DNA of 64,000 nt from Candidatus Poribacteria bacterium (GTDB lineage Bacteria > Poribacteria > WGA-4E > WGA-3G), in the NCBI GenBank assembly GCA_028821605.1, contig JAPPFM010000056.1:135466-199465 (forward strand), in the 5' to 3' direction. The stretch's first letter is position 1. Each line of letters opens with the position of its first letter. A program made the translations under genes and the position numbers. Below the pieces are notes generated by a model. The model was not told the origin of the DNA and ran no database searches. It was given only the letters and a program-made list of their open reading frames with translations. This document shows, one piece after another, positions 28,778-39,626 of the stretch.

Positions 28778-29272
28778 TGCCGATTGGTTACGTCTCGGTC
28801 GTGGGTGTTGTTCACACATTCCCTTTCCCTTTCTATCTCTTTCTTTCCCTTCTTACCGCCCAAATCGCTGAATATAGCAATTTTTTGCGTTTTATCCTAA
28901 ATAGGACTTACGCAGTCTGCTCATTTGTAGCACAAACTTTCCAGTTTGTGTCAGAAAAATGTGTGTTTTTAGGAAAGTTCCGATCTCACAGGACGTGCTA
29001 TGACTACAATCGCGTAAGTTCTGCTAAATTTACACTTACTCACAGTAAAGGGACTTGCAGAGAGTTCTCCGTTTTCTAAAGCCCATGCCGTAAACTCTTA
29101 AATCAAGTTCACGTTAATATTAGCACTTGAGAAAGTAAAGCAAAATAAAACATACTATAGTTGGTTTTCGTTGTCTGATGAAAAATATCAAATAGAAAGC
29201 CAGAAATTAGCAAAACTGAGATGCCTACCGAAAATACGGTCAGAAGTGGGGCTAAAATGGGGGATTCTTAAA

Positions 29273-30466
29273 ATGAAGAACCTAAGCACAATCCTTTGTG
29301 GATTAATCCTGTTCGGGTTACTTGTTTTCATACTAAAAGTTAGTACGCCTGATGTACCAAAACGGATGGTATTCATTCCAGCGGGCGATGGCATGGACGC
29401 GTTCTACATGGATGTCTATGAAGTCACGAACGCAGACTATAAAAAATTCATTGATGCCAATCCTCAGTGGCAAAAAGACAAAGCCTTAATCTCAATTGTA
29501 GGGAATAAATACCTATCCGTTTGGGATAACAATATGTATCCAAAGGGTAAAGCAAATCATCCAGTAGTGAACGTTAGTTGGTTTGCAGCGAAGGCTTATG
29601 CGGAATGGGTTGGCAAAGACTTGCCGACAGACGCACAGTGGGAAAGAGCGGCGCGCGGCACACCGGTAGGGAAGAGATACAACTCCGTTGCATCTATCAC
29701 GTTCGGTTTTCCCGCGGCGCGTGCCACCTTGATAGAGAGGAAATATCCTTGGGGCGATGCTGAACCCCAGAGTAGAGCGAACTATAACCGTTACACACCT
29801 ACGACGGACTTCAGCGATCCGCCTACAAAAGAGGTTGGTAGTTATTTCCCAAACGAATACGGACTCTACGACATGGTAGGTAACGTTGCGGAATGGTGCT
29901 TAGACGGGTTAAATTTTGACGATATCCGTGGTAGGTATCATAGAGTCCGCGGCGGTTCTTGGTTTGACGGTGCCGAGGGTATCCGAATCACGAGGAAAAG
30001 TCAATACCCCGTAGATGGTGCTGTAGCGACGCTGGGTTTTCGTTGCGCGTCGTCAACAGCGGAGACGAATCCAACGACAAAGGTGGCAACTGAGATGGCT
30101 TCTTTTCTCTATGATGAGATGCGTAACCAGTTTGATAACGTATGCTATAGCGTGTCAAAAGGTTATGCTGCACATACTGACCTTAATCTCAAGTTCGCTG
30201 AAATTGTGACCTCCAATACCGGCTATCCTCGTACATTTGGAAAGGAGCTCATCCGTATTTTCCGAGAGGTCAATGCTGAACAGATGGAACCGGACAGCTT
30301 TTCTGAGCGGCTTGCTATCAACCACGATCTGATGCTTAGACTGTGGAGGCTCTATCTTGAGATTCACTTCGAGCACAGTGAGAAGAGTGCTTATGAGAAG
30401 TTACGTCTGTTCAAGGAGAACCTTACGGAAAATATGAACGACATTATTGTGCCAGATAGAAGCTAA
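29273..30466 (+). CDS. formylglycine-generating enzyme (FGE/SUMF1) family protein with N-terminal TM anchor and 130-aa C-terminal extension
   Basis: MVFIPAGDG, FYMDVYEVTNADYKKFI, HPVVNVSWFAAKAYAEWVGKDLPTDAQWERAARG, GLYDMVGNVAEWCLD, RVRGGSWFD, GFRCA. Start placed at MKNLSTILCGLILFGLLVFIL. Confidence 0.7.
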   Translation: MKNLSTILCGLILFGLLVFILKVSTPDVPKRMVFIPAGDGMDAFYMDVYEVTNADYKKFIDANPQWQKDKALISIVGNKYLSVWDNNMYPKGKANHPVVNVSWFAAKAYAEWVGKDLPTDAQWERAARGTPVGKRYNSVASITFGFPAARATLIERKYPWGDAEPQSRANYNRYTPTTDFSDPPTKEVGSYFPNEYGLYDMVGNVAEWCLDGLNFDDIRGRYHRVRGGSWFDGAEGIRITRKSQYPVDGAVATLGFRCASSTAETNPTTKVATEMASFLYDEMRNQFDNVCYSVSKGYAAHTDLNLKFAEIVTSNTGYPRTFGKELIRIFREVNAEQMEPDSFSERLAINHDLMLRLWRLYLEIHFEHSEKSAYEKLRLFKENLTENMNDIIVPDRS

Positions 30467-30481
30467 AAGCACACCATCCGA

Positions 30482-30545
30482 ATAGGCACGGGGTGGAAGT
30501 TACACCCCGCGCCTATCCCATCACTACTCCCTTTCTTTGTTTTAT
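30482..30545 (+). terminator. intrinsic terminator (ataggcacggggtg...caccccgcgcctat followed by T-rich tract)
   Basis: 14-bp stem with one mismatch, then cccatcactactccctttctttgtttt. Confidence 0.5.
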
Positions 30546-30731
30546 CCTCAAAAACCGAAGCGGTCTCCAAATTTTTGCTTGACTTTGCCTTCTGGGTATG
30601 GCATCATAAATTTGGATATGCTCTCTTGCTCACAATACAAATCAACCGGTGCATTATAATTAAACAACAGCCAACTGCATTGCCTAAAAAATTGGCAGGG
30701 GAGGCGCACGAGGTAGGGGAGGCGAATTGTA

Positions 30732-32186
30732 ATGACAGGATTTGAGGAATACAACACTGATGGATTTTATGACGAGATGTTCGCGCCAGATGGGAGTGCC
30801 CGTCCTGCTGCCCAGATGTTGGCAGAGCGGATTGAGAGTTTTCCTGAAGGCGAACTCACGCGTCGCCAAATTGCCGCTGAATATGCGTTGCTCCGAATGG
30901 GCATCACGTTCAACGTCTACGCGGACGAGCAGGGTGTCGAAAAAATCTTTCCGTTCGATCTCATTCCACGAATTATTGATGCCAGTGAATGGGAATGGAT
31001 AGAACGTGGACTCAAACAGCGCATCCAAGCGCTGAACCTATTCATTGACGACGTTTACCACGACCAAAAAATTCTTAAAGACGGTATCGTCCCGGCAGAT
31101 GTGGTGCTTTCATCGGAAAGATACCTACAACCCTGCATCGGTTTAGACCCGCCGCGCGGGATCTGGTGCCATATCACTGGCACAGATTTAGTTCGCGATG
31201 GCGATGGACAAGTTTATGTATTGGAAGATAATCTCGGTTGTCCATCTGGTGTCTCTTATGTCGTGGAAAACCGGCAGTTAATGAAGCGCACCTTTCCGCA
31301 ACTCTTTGGGATGTCGCAAATTCAACCGGTCGAAGATTATCCGAGTCAACTGCTGAATACGCTCCGGTACCTCGTAACCGACAAAATCTTATCTCCTGAA
31401 GTTGCGGTACTAACCCCTGGCGTTTATAACTCCGCATACTTTGAGCACTCCTTTCTGGCGCAGCAGATGGGGGTTGAATTGGTTGAGGGGCGCGATCTCG
31501 TCGTAATGGACGGGTTTGTGCACGCGCGAACGACGAAGGGTTTTGAGCGGGTTGATGTTATCTACCGCCGCATTAACGACGATTTCCTTGACCCGAAAGC
31601 GTTCAAACCGGAATCAATGCTCGGCGTTCCGGGATTGATGGAGGTTTACAAAGCCGGACGTGTCGCTTTGGTTAATGCCCCTGGCACCTGTGTCGCTGAC
31701 GACAAAGTCGTCTGTGCTTTCGTCCCTGAGATCATCAAGTATTATCTCGGTGAAGACATTATCGTCCCAAACGTTCCGACCTATATGTGTTGGAAAGATA
31801 GCGATCAGAAATATGTGCTGGAGCATCTCGACGAACTCGTTGTGAAAGAAGCCAACCAGTCTGGCGGCTATGGAATGCTGATCGGTCCCCACGCAACTAA
31901 AGCAGAACACGAGGAGTTTGCCCGCCGAATCAAAGATAATCCGCGTAATTACATCGCGCAACCGACACTCTCGCTTTCACGTGTGCCGGTGCTTATTGAC
32001 GATCATTTTGAGGGACGGCACGTTGATTTGCGTCCGTTTATCCTTTACGGTGAAGAGATTTACGTCCTCCCAGGTGGATTGACACGGGTCGCACTCAAAA
32101 AGGGTTCGCTTGTCGTCAACTCGTCACAGGGTGGGGGTAGCAAGGATACGTGGGTCTTATCGGGGCCGTCAGGAAAAGGCGCGTAG
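30732..32186 (+). CDS. circularly permuted type-2 ATP-grasp protein (CP_ATPgrasp_2)
   Basis: The N-terminus FEEYNTDGFYDEMFAPDGSARP...GITFNVY and the overall pattern are typical of this family. SD ggggagg upstream. Confidence 0.8.
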   Translation: MTGFEEYNTDGFYDEMFAPDGSARPAAQMLAERIESFPEGELTRRQIAAEYALLRMGITFNVYADEQGVEKIFPFDLIPRIIDASEWEWIERGLKQRIQALNLFIDDVYHDQKILKDGIVPADVVLSSERYLQPCIGLDPPRGIWCHITGTDLVRDGDGQVYVLEDNLGCPSGVSYVVENRQLMKRTFPQLFGMSQIQPVEDYPSQLLNTLRYLVTDKILSPEVAVLTPGVYNSAYFEHSFLAQQMGVELVEGRDLVVMDGFVHARTTKGFERVDVIYRRINDDFLDPKAFKPESMLGVPGLMEVYKAGRVALVNAPGTCVADDKVVCAFVPEIIKYYLGEDIIVPNVPTYMCWKDSDQKYVLEHLDELVVKEANQSGGYGMLIGPHATKAEHEEFARRIKDNPRNYIAQPTLSLSRVPVLIDDHFEGRHVDLRPFILYGEEIYVLPGGLTRVALKKGSLVVNSSQGGGSKDTWVLSGPSGKGA

Positions 32187-32282
32187 AGGCGAGATTCCTT
32201 CGCCTCTACACAAAAGCGCGAAAAGCCAAACAACGTGCGGCTTGGATTCTCTAACGGATCGGTGTTCATAAAATCTATCTGA

Positions 32283-32306
32283 CTGACCGCAAGGAAAATT
32301 AAAAAT
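32283..32306 (+). promoter_or_regulatory. copy 1 of conserved leader motif (C)TGACCGCAAGGAAAATTAAAAAT immediately 5' of the alpha-E gene
   Basis: Shares about 22-27 nt with the leaders at 33418-33450 and about 40683-40711. Confidence 0.45.
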
Positions 32307-33293
32307 ATGCTGAGTCGCGTTGCTGAATCAATTTATTGGATGAGTCGCTACATTGAACGTGCCGAGAATGTCGCCCGTTTTGTCGATGTCAACCTGCGTT
32401 TAATCCTTGATGCACCCGTCGGTATGCAGGCACAGTGGGAGCCTCTTGTTGCGACCACAGGCGATGATGAAGTGTTTGCTGAGCGTTACGGAGAGGCATC
32501 ACGTGAAGCCGTCATCCGATTTTTAGCGTTTGACACTGAAAATCCAAATTCAATTGTCTCTTGCTTGCGGGCTGGTCGAGAAAACGCGCGGTCGATACGC
32601 GAAAATATATCGTCAGAGATGTGGGAGCAGCTGAACGATGCCTACTTACTGGTAGCAAACACTTCCGAACAGTGGGCGATGGCAGAACCGCATGAATTCT
32701 TTACAGAGATCAAACTCGCATCACACCTCTTCATGGGACTCACAGATAATATCATGTCCCATAGCGAAGGGTGGCACTTCTGTCAGTTGGGACGTTTGAT
32801 TGAACGCGCGGACAAAACCTCGAGAATCGTTGATGTTAAATATTTTATTCTCCTTCCGTCTATCTGGGATGTGGACACACCTTTTGACGACATTCAATGG
32901 GGGGCACTTTTACACTCTGCCAGCGGTTTTGAAATGTATCGACGTACCTATGGACTCATCTCTCCGGACGATGTCGTCGCTTTTTTGCTGTTAGATCGTG
33001 AATTTCCACGGTCGGTTCTCTACTGTCTCTCCAAGGCGGAGGAGTCACTGCACGCGATATCCGGTACCCCGTTGGAAACCTTCTCCAATCCAGCAGAGCA
33101 GCGTTTGGGGCAGCTCCGTTCCGAATTTGCGTATGCCCAAGTCAAACAGGTACTCACGTCGGGTTTGCATGAATTCCTTGATGCTTTCCAAACCAAGCTG
33201 AACTTAGTCGGTGATGATATTTACAAGACATTTTTTGCCTTGCGACCTGTCAATGGAGAACCCGCTGCGGAACAGGAACAGTCTCAGTTGTGA
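32307..33293 (+). CDS. alpha-E domain protein (partner of CP ATP-grasp)
   Basis: The N-terminus LSRVAESIYWMSRYIERAENVARFVDVN is the alpha-E signature. Confidence 0.8.
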   Translation: MLSRVAESIYWMSRYIERAENVARFVDVNLRLILDAPVGMQAQWEPLVATTGDDEVFAERYGEASREAVIRFLAFDTENPNSIVSCLRAGRENARSIRENISSEMWEQLNDAYLLVANTSEQWAMAEPHEFFTEIKLASHLFMGLTDNIMSHSEGWHFCQLGRLIERADKTSRIVDVKYFILLPSIWDVDTPFDDIQWGALLHSASGFEMYRRTYGLISPDDVVAFLLLDREFPRSVLYCLSKAEESLHAISGTPLETFSNPAEQRLGQLRSEFAYAQVKQVLTSGLHEFLDAFQTKLNLVGDDIYKTFFALRPVNGEPAAEQEQSQL

Positions 33294-33417
33294 GTTATTT
33301 AAAGAGAAGGGGCGGGAAACCTGTCCCCTACGGAGCATCTAATTCTCCTCTTAAACGGAAAGCAAAGCATCGCGCCGGGACGGATATACGGAGTGGGATC
33401 TTATCAGTAAAATTCCG

Positions 33418-33450
33418 CTAACCGAACCGCAAGGAAATATTAAAAAAACA
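33418..33450 (+). promoter_or_regulatory. copy 2 of conserved leader motif CTAACCGAACCGCAAGGAAATATTAAAAAAA
   Basis: Immediately 5' of the long transglutaminase gene. Confidence 0.45.
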
Positions 33451-33453
33451 GAT

Positions 33454-36400
33454 ATGTCAATTCGTGTAGGAATCAACCACAAATCTCTATATCGCTATGA
33501 CCGGCTCGTCGGCTTATCGCCACATATTTTTCGGTTGAGACCCGCGGTCCACTGTCGCACACCGATTGAGGCGTATTCGCTCAAAATTGAACCCGAAGAA
33601 CACTTCATTAATTGGCAGCAAGATCCGTTTGGCAATTATCAAGCCCGTGTCGTTTTTCTACAACCCACATACGCCTTGTCGGTTGAGGTCGATCTTATTG
33701 CGGATATGACCGTCATCAATCCCTTCGATTTTTTCCTTGAAGCGAGTGCTGAACATTACCCATTTTTCTATGAGGCGCAGCTCAAACAAGAACTCACACC
33801 GTTCCTTGAAGTCAAAGAAAACGGACCCTTGTTGACAGCGTGGTTGGCAGATATTCCTCGGACGAAGAAGAAATTCAATGACTTCCTTGTTGACATCAAC
33901 AGATCTTTGCGGGAACATATAAAATACACGATTCGGATGGAACCAGGGGTCCAGTCCTGCGAAGAGACTTTAGGAAAGCAAATCGGTTCATGCCGGGACA
34001 CAGGGTGGCTGCTTGTCCAGATTTTGCGACATCTCGGTTTGGCTGCCCGTTTTGTTTCTGGTTACCTTGTACAACTTGTCGCTGATCAAAAACCTGTGAC
34101 AGGTCCCGCCGGTCCTCCGCAGGACTTCACCGATTTGCACGCTTGGTGCGAGGTTTACGCACCCGGAGCAGGGTGGATAGGATTAGATCCGACATCCGGC
34201 TTACTTGCAGGAGAAGGACATATTCCATTGGCGTGTGTGCCAGACCCGGTGAGTGCCGCGCCTGTCACTGGCTACACAGATCCATGCCAAACAGAATTTA
34301 CCTATAGCAACACTGTCCAACGTATCTACGAAGACCCGCGCGTGACGAAACCCTACACGGAAACACAGTGGGCTGATATTAATGCGCTCGGTCAACAGGT
34401 TGATGAGGATATAATTCAGAATGATATCCGATTGACAATGGGCGGTGAACCTACTTTCGTGTCAGTGGATGACACAGAGGGTGCGGAATGGGATACGGAA
34501 GCGGATAGCCCGAGGAAAAGAGAATTAGGTGCCGGACTCTTACAACGTTTACGCGATAGTTTCGGACCCAGCGGTGCACTCTACTACGGACAAGGGAAAT
34601 GGTATCCGGGTGAACCTTTACCGCGATGGAAATTCGGGTGTTTTTGGCGCAAGGACGGGGTGCCCGTGTGGCGGAACGATAAACTTCTCGCTGAACCTCA
34701 CAAGGATTATGGCTTCGGTTCCCGAGACGCAGAGCGATTTACACATCGCCTCGCCGAATGCTTGAAACTCTCACCAGACCAGATAGTTCCAGCTTATGAA
34801 GATGCACTCTTTTTCCTTTGGACAGAAGACAGGCTTCCGGTTAACATTAATCCGCTTGAATTTGACTTCAAGGAGGCTTCCGAACGACATCGTCTCGCGC
34901 AACTTCTGCAAACAGAGACACTCGGTGAACCCGTTGGCTACGCCCTACCGTTACGCTGGGATCTTGTGGACGATACTTGGGAGAGTTGTGTATGGAATTT
35001 CCGGGGTGGACAGATGTTCTTAACGCCCGGTGATTCACCCATCGGGTTGCGTCTGCCACTGGAGTCTATACAATGGGTGCCACCGAAACAGCGGGAGATG
35101 GTTTATGAGCGCGACCCGCTTGAACCGCGTGAGGAGAGTTTAGATACAGATAGTGAAGACAGACTCCCAACAGAGAACAGAGAGGCGGAAGCAATTTTTC
35201 ACACTGCCTTATGTATTGAACCGCGCGAGGGACGATTGCACATTTTTATTCCACCCTTGACGCACTTAGAGCACTATCTGCGACTCCTTGAAGCAATTGA
35301 AGCGACCGCTGAAGCCTTGGGTATGCCGGTAATTCTTGAAGGATATGAGGTCCCATACGATTCCCGAATTGAATCTCTGAATGTGACACCCGACCCAGGG
35401 GTCATTGAGGTAAACATTCATCCAGCGAAAAATTGGGATGAGGTGGTACATAACACCACAACGCTCTATGCACAAGCAAGGTTAGCTGGACTTAGTGCTG
35501 AAAAATTCATGTTGGATGGTCGGCATACTGGCACGGGAGGCGGCAATCATATTGTGATTGGTGGAGCCGCCCCGGCGGATAGCCCGTTTTTGCGAAAGCC
35601 TCACTTACTGCGAAGCCTTATCACCTATTGGCAGCATCATCCCGCTTTGTCTTATCTCTTTTCCGGTACATTCATCGGACCGACGAGTCAAGCTCCTCGC
35701 GTGGATGAGGGGCGCGATGAACAACTCTATGAACTTGAGGTCGCTTTTGAGCAGATGCCTGATGAAATGGGTGATGAGGAAGATGTTCCACCTTGGCTGG
35801 TAGACCGGCTGCTGAGACACCTCATGGTAGATCTCACCGGTAATACGCATCGTGCGGAGTTCTGTATTGATAAACTTTATTCACCCAATGCAGCGAGTAG
35901 AAGACTCGGATTGCTTGAACTACGGGCTTTTGAGATGCCGCCGCACGCCCAGATGAGTGTCGTGCAGATGCTGTTGGTGCGCGCATTAATCGCCAAATTC
36001 TGGAAGACACCCTACAAAGGCAAACTGGTACGCTGGGGGACAGAATTACACGATCGCTTCATGCTCCACCACTACGTCCACGCCGATATACAGGAGGTCA
36101 TTACTGAACTCCAAGCAGCAGGCTATTCGTTTGAAATGGCGTGGCTTGAACCGTTTTTTGAATTCCGTTTTCCGAAGTTGGGCACTACAAATATACAAGA
36201 TATTGAATTGGAACTAAGGATGGCAATTGAACCGTGGCATGTACTCGGTGAGGAGGTAACCCGGACGGGGACCTCGCGTTTCGTTGATTCTTCTGTTGAG
36301 CGGCTCCAAGTGAAGGTCAGTGGATTGACAGATTCCCGCTACATCGTCACATGCAATGGACGACGCTTGATACTTCACAACACTGGCACACATGGAGAAT

Positions 36401-36777
36401 ATGTCGGTGGGGTGCGCTATCGTGCGTGGCAACCGCCATCAGCGTTGCATCCTACAATCGGTGTCCACTCACCGCTCGTGTTTGACATCATCGACACATG
36501 GAACGGGCGCGCAATTGGTGGCTGTACCTATCACGTTTCCCATCCGGGTGGGCGACACTATGACACCTTCCCAGTCAACGCCTACGAGGCGGAAGCCCGA
36601 CGTGTAAGTCGGTTCGGGGCTGATGGACATACACCAGGCGTTATTCAACCGCGCCCGTCAGCACCTGCAGCTGGACATTTTCTGGCTGAGGGGAATCCGC
36701 CTGGTCCGATAGATGTCCCACCAGAAGAGACAAATGCTGAATATCCTTACACTTTAGATCTCCGCCGAATTCTTTAG
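33454..36777 (+). CDS. long transglutaminase-family protein (Bact_transglu_N + transglutaminase core + DUF2126-like C-terminal region; Rv2566-like)
   Basis: N-terminus MSIRVGINHKSLYRYDRLVGLSPHIFRLRPA. Cys-containing core GSCRDTGWLLVQILRHLGLAARFVSGYL. 1107 aa. Confidence 0.8.
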   Translation: MSIRVGINHKSLYRYDRLVGLSPHIFRLRPAVHCRTPIEAYSLKIEPEEHFINWQQDPFGNYQARVVFLQPTYALSVEVDLIADMTVINPFDFFLEASAEHYPFFYEAQLKQELTPFLEVKENGPLLTAWLADIPRTKKKFNDFLVDINRSLREHIKYTIRMEPGVQSCEETLGKQIGSCRDTGWLLVQILRHLGLAARFVSGYLVQLVADQKPVTGPAGPPQDFTDLHAWCEVYAPGAGWIGLDPTSGLLAGEGHIPLACVPDPVSAAPVTGYTDPCQTEFTYSNTVQRIYEDPRVTKPYTETQWADINALGQQVDEDIIQNDIRLTMGGEPTFVSVDDTEGAEWDTEADSPRKRELGAGLLQRLRDSFGPSGALYYGQGKWYPGEPLPRWKFGCFWRKDGVPVWRNDKLLAEPHKDYGFGSRDAERFTHRLAECLKLSPDQIVPAYEDALFFLWTEDRLPVNINPLEFDFKEASERHRLAQLLQTETLGEPVGYALPLRWDLVDDTWESCVWNFRGGQMFLTPGDSPIGLRLPLESIQWVPPKQREMVYERDPLEPREESLDTDSEDRLPTENREAEAIFHTALCIEPREGRLHIFIPPLTHLEHYLRLLEAIEATAEALGMPVILEGYEVPYDSRIESLNVTPDPGVIEVNIHPAKNWDEVVHNTTTLYAQARLAGLSAEKFMLDGRHTGTGGGNHIVIGGAAPADSPFLRKPHLLRSLITYWQHHPALSYLFSGTFIGPTSQAPRVDEGRDEQLYELEVAFEQMPDEMGDEEDVPPWLVDRLLRHLMVDLTGNTHRAEFCIDKLYSPNAASRRLGLLELRAFEMPPHAQMSVVQMLLVRALIAKFWKTPYKGKLVRWGTELHDRFMLHHYVHADIQEVITELQAAGYSFEMAWLEPFFEFRFPKLGTTNIQDIELELRMAIEPWHVLGEEVTRTGTSRFVDSSVERLQVKVSGLTDSRYIVTCNGRRLILHNTGTHGEYVGGVRYRAWQPPSALHPTIGVHSPLVFDIIDTWNGRAIGGCTYHVSHPGGRHYDTFPVNAYEAEARRVSRFGADGHTPGVIQPRPSAPAAGHFLAEGNPPGPIDVPPEETNAEYPYTLDLRRIL

Positions 36778-36778
36778 G

Positions 36779-36843
36779 GGTTATCGGTCATCGGTTAAAG
36801 AGGTAGTTGATTTTACAAAACCACCTCTTAACTGACAACTAAT
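36779..36843. repeat. short member of MITE-like palindromic element family (arms GTTATCGGTCATCGGTTAAAGAGGT / ACCTCTTAACTGACAACTAAT)
   Basis: Inverted arms around an 18-nt centre, between the transglutaminase stop and the next ATG. Confidence 0.55.
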
Positions 36844-36860
36844 TGGATAAAGACAAAGAA

Positions 36861-39587
36861 ATGCAACGCGCAGATGTAAAAGATTGGACGGTAATCGGTG
36901 ATAGTTATAACACCATCGAATCGTCCCGTGGACGTACAGGCAATGTTCCCGGTAAGCAGATCGATGAGATGTTGGGTGCGGATAGACAAATAAATCCGCA
37001 CTGGCACGCCTTCATGCAGGCACTCGACACGTTAGGACTCGCGGAGATGGAATCTCGCGACAAAGAGGTGCAACGTCTGCTTCGAGAGAACGGTGTCACC
37101 TACGTCTTACACGGGGAACAGCAGGGACATCGCCCGTGGGAATTAGATCCCATTCCACTAATTATCTCAAAAATAGATTGGGAAACGATCTCTGACGGAC
37201 TTACACAACGAGCGGAGCTGCTAAACCTAATTTTGGCGGATCTCTATGGTGAGCGAACCTTAATCAAAGATGGGTTGATACCACCAGAAGTGATTTATGC
37301 GCATGCTGGATTTTTGCGAGCGTGTGTCGGGCTTGTTCCGTTTGGATTCCCTTTCCTCTTGAGTTATGCCGCCGATTTGGCGCGCGGACCGGACGGCGAA
37401 ATGTGGATACTCGGTGATCGGGCACAGGCACCATCAGGTGCAGGCTACGCGCTCGAAAATCGCACCGCCCTCGCGCGCGCACTACCGAACCTCTTTGGTG
37501 AAGTCGGCGTTCATCGACTCTCTTTTTTCTTCCGCGCACTACAAAACAGCGTCGTGGACCTACAACACCAACTTGAAACTGCTTCCCGTATTGCGCCGCA
37601 TCAAACAGACAACCCACAGGTCGTTGTACTGACCCCTGGTCCCCTCAACGAAACTTATTTTGAACACGCGTATCTCGCAAACTACCTCGGTTACACCTTA
37701 GTCCAAGGTGATGACTTGACGGTGTGGGATGGGCGCGTTTGGTTGAAGTCGCTTGATGGCTTGCGCCCTGTCGATATTATTTTGCGCCGAGTGGATGATG
37801 TTTTTTGTGATCCGTTGGAACTCCGACAGGATTCAAGACTTGGGGTCGCAGGTTTGCTGGAAGCGATTCGACAGGGAAACGTGGTTGTGATAAATCCGCC
37901 GGGCAGCGGTGTTTTAGAAAATCCGGGCTTGATGCCGTTCCTGCCGAACATCGCAAAACGGTTGTTGGGTGAAGACCTACGTCTCCCCTCTGTCGCAACA
38001 TGGTGGTGTGGGCAACCGAAGCAGCGCGACTATGTGTTGGCAAACCTTAAAAAGTTAGTCGTCAAACCTATTCACCGTCAACCGGGCGGACGACCCCTGT
38101 TTGGAAGTGAACTCGATAGTAGTCAACTTGATGCACTTCGCGCTCGGATTAATGCCAAACCGCATCTCTATGTCGGGCAGGAGCATGTTCACTTCTCCAC
38201 AACACCCTCGCTGATTGAAGGGAAACTTGAACCCCGCCGTGCGATTCTTCGTAGTTTTTTGTTCGCAGAGAGAGATGGCTACACCGTGATGCCAGGTGGG
38301 CTTACCCGTTGTGCAGGCGAGAAGGGTGAACTGACAATCTCAATCCAAGATGGTGGAGTTAGTAAAGACACCTGGGTACTTGCCTCTGAACCTGAACCGC
38401 ATGTCAGTTTATGGCAGCGACGTATCACCGAGGTGATGGGTCCTGCTTCTACGAGTCCGGCTGGATTGTCGAGTCGTGCAGCTGAGAATCTGTTCTGGGT
38501 AGGTCGCTATGCGGAACGGGCAGAGGGACAAGCGCGGCTCCTGCGGATTATGTTGAATAAGGTCAAGATGGGTAGGATGGGCTTGGAGACTTCCCACTTA
38601 GCACAAGGACTACCTTCCGCGCTCTTTACGGAGACCTTCGGTGACGATGAAAGGGAAGTATCGGAACTCGCGTATCTCCACAGCATGCTCCGCTCCCTGA
38701 CCGGTTTAACTTCATCGCACCCGGGTTTCGTCAGAAAAGACGAACAGTCGTTAGAAGATGAGCTTCTTTCCATCATGCTGGACGTGGAAAACACCGGCAG
38801 CTTGGTGTCTACGCTTCAGGCACTTCTCACCGCGGCTTACGCAGTCAGAGACCGCTGGTCTACCGACACATGGCGTGTGATGAACGGCATTGAAGATCTA
38901 TGTGCTGCCCTTGAAAAAAGCGTTCCCGGAGATGGAGATGCAAGTCCACAGATATTGACGGACCTCGTGCTGCAAGAAGCGGAATTAGCCTCACTGGATC
39001 AACTCATGATCTTTCTTTCAGCACTGAGTGGGCTTAATGCCGAAAACATGACGCAAACGATCGGTTGGATTAGTTTGGATATGGGACGGCGTATTGAACG
39101 CGCACTGCTTCTCATGGTGCTTTGCCGTTCGAGTCTTGTCGCCGTTCAGGACGACTGGGTTGAATATATGTTACTTGAATCTGTCCTTGCTGCCGCCGAG
39201 AGCCTGATCACTTACCGCAGCCGCTATCGTACAACACTCCACTTTCCAACTGTCTTAGAGTTGCTACTTCTTGACGAGAACAACCCGCGCTCGCTCTTAT
39301 ATCAGTTGAAACGGCTTGAGGAACAGATACGTATCCTCCCAAGGGAAAAACTCGGTTACCGGCTTAGCGAGGAGGAACAACTCATTCTGGAGGCTTTAAC
39401 GCAGTTGCAGCTTTCTAATACAATTGACCTCGCCGAGCGTTCGGAGCACACAACACAACGTAAGGGGTTAGAAAAACTCCTTGTCCGCCTTGCACAGATA
39501 CTGGTTGACATTTCCGATGTCCTCACGCAGACCTATTTTAGCCACGTCCAAAGACCGCAGCAGTTGATTACAACCGATAACCTTTAG
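36861..39587 (+). CDS. CP type-2 ATP-grasp fused to alpha-E domain (Rv2567-like)
   Basis: The N-terminal half parallels ORF 30732 (IDEMLGADRQINPHW...). The C-terminal half carries AENLFWVGRYAERAEGQARLLRIML (alpha-E). 36843 is an alternative start. Confidence 0.75.
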   Translation: MQRADVKDWTVIGDSYNTIESSRGRTGNVPGKQIDEMLGADRQINPHWHAFMQALDTLGLAEMESRDKEVQRLLRENGVTYVLHGEQQGHRPWELDPIPLIISKIDWETISDGLTQRAELLNLILADLYGERTLIKDGLIPPEVIYAHAGFLRACVGLVPFGFPFLLSYAADLARGPDGEMWILGDRAQAPSGAGYALENRTALARALPNLFGEVGVHRLSFFFRALQNSVVDLQHQLETASRIAPHQTDNPQVVVLTPGPLNETYFEHAYLANYLGYTLVQGDDLTVWDGRVWLKSLDGLRPVDIILRRVDDVFCDPLELRQDSRLGVAGLLEAIRQGNVVVINPPGSGVLENPGLMPFLPNIAKRLLGEDLRLPSVATWWCGQPKQRDYVLANLKKLVVKPIHRQPGGRPLFGSELDSSQLDALRARINAKPHLYVGQEHVHFSTTPSLIEGKLEPRRAILRSFLFAERDGYTVMPGGLTRCAGEKGELTISIQDGGVSKDTWVLASEPEPHVSLWQRRITEVMGPASTSPAGLSSRAAENLFWVGRYAERAEGQARLLRIMLNKVKMGRMGLETSHLAQGLPSALFTETFGDDEREVSELAYLHSMLRSLTGLTSSHPGFVRKDEQSLEDELLSIMLDVENTGSLVSTLQALLTAAYAVRDRWSTDTWRVMNGIEDLCAALEKSVPGDGDASPQILTDLVLQEAELASLDQLMIFLSALSGLNAENMTQTIGWISLDMGRRIERALLLMVLCRSSLVAVQDDWVEYMLLESVLAAAESLITYRSRYRTTLHFPTVLELLLLDENNPRSLLYQLKRLEEQIRILPREKLGYRLSEEEQLILEALTQLQLSNTIDLAERSEHTTQRKGLEKLLVRLAQILVDISDVLTQTYFSHVQRPQQLITTDNL

Positions 39588-39626
39588 TCCCGGGGAGCAC
39601 CTCACAGTCTCCATAGGATTACTGCG

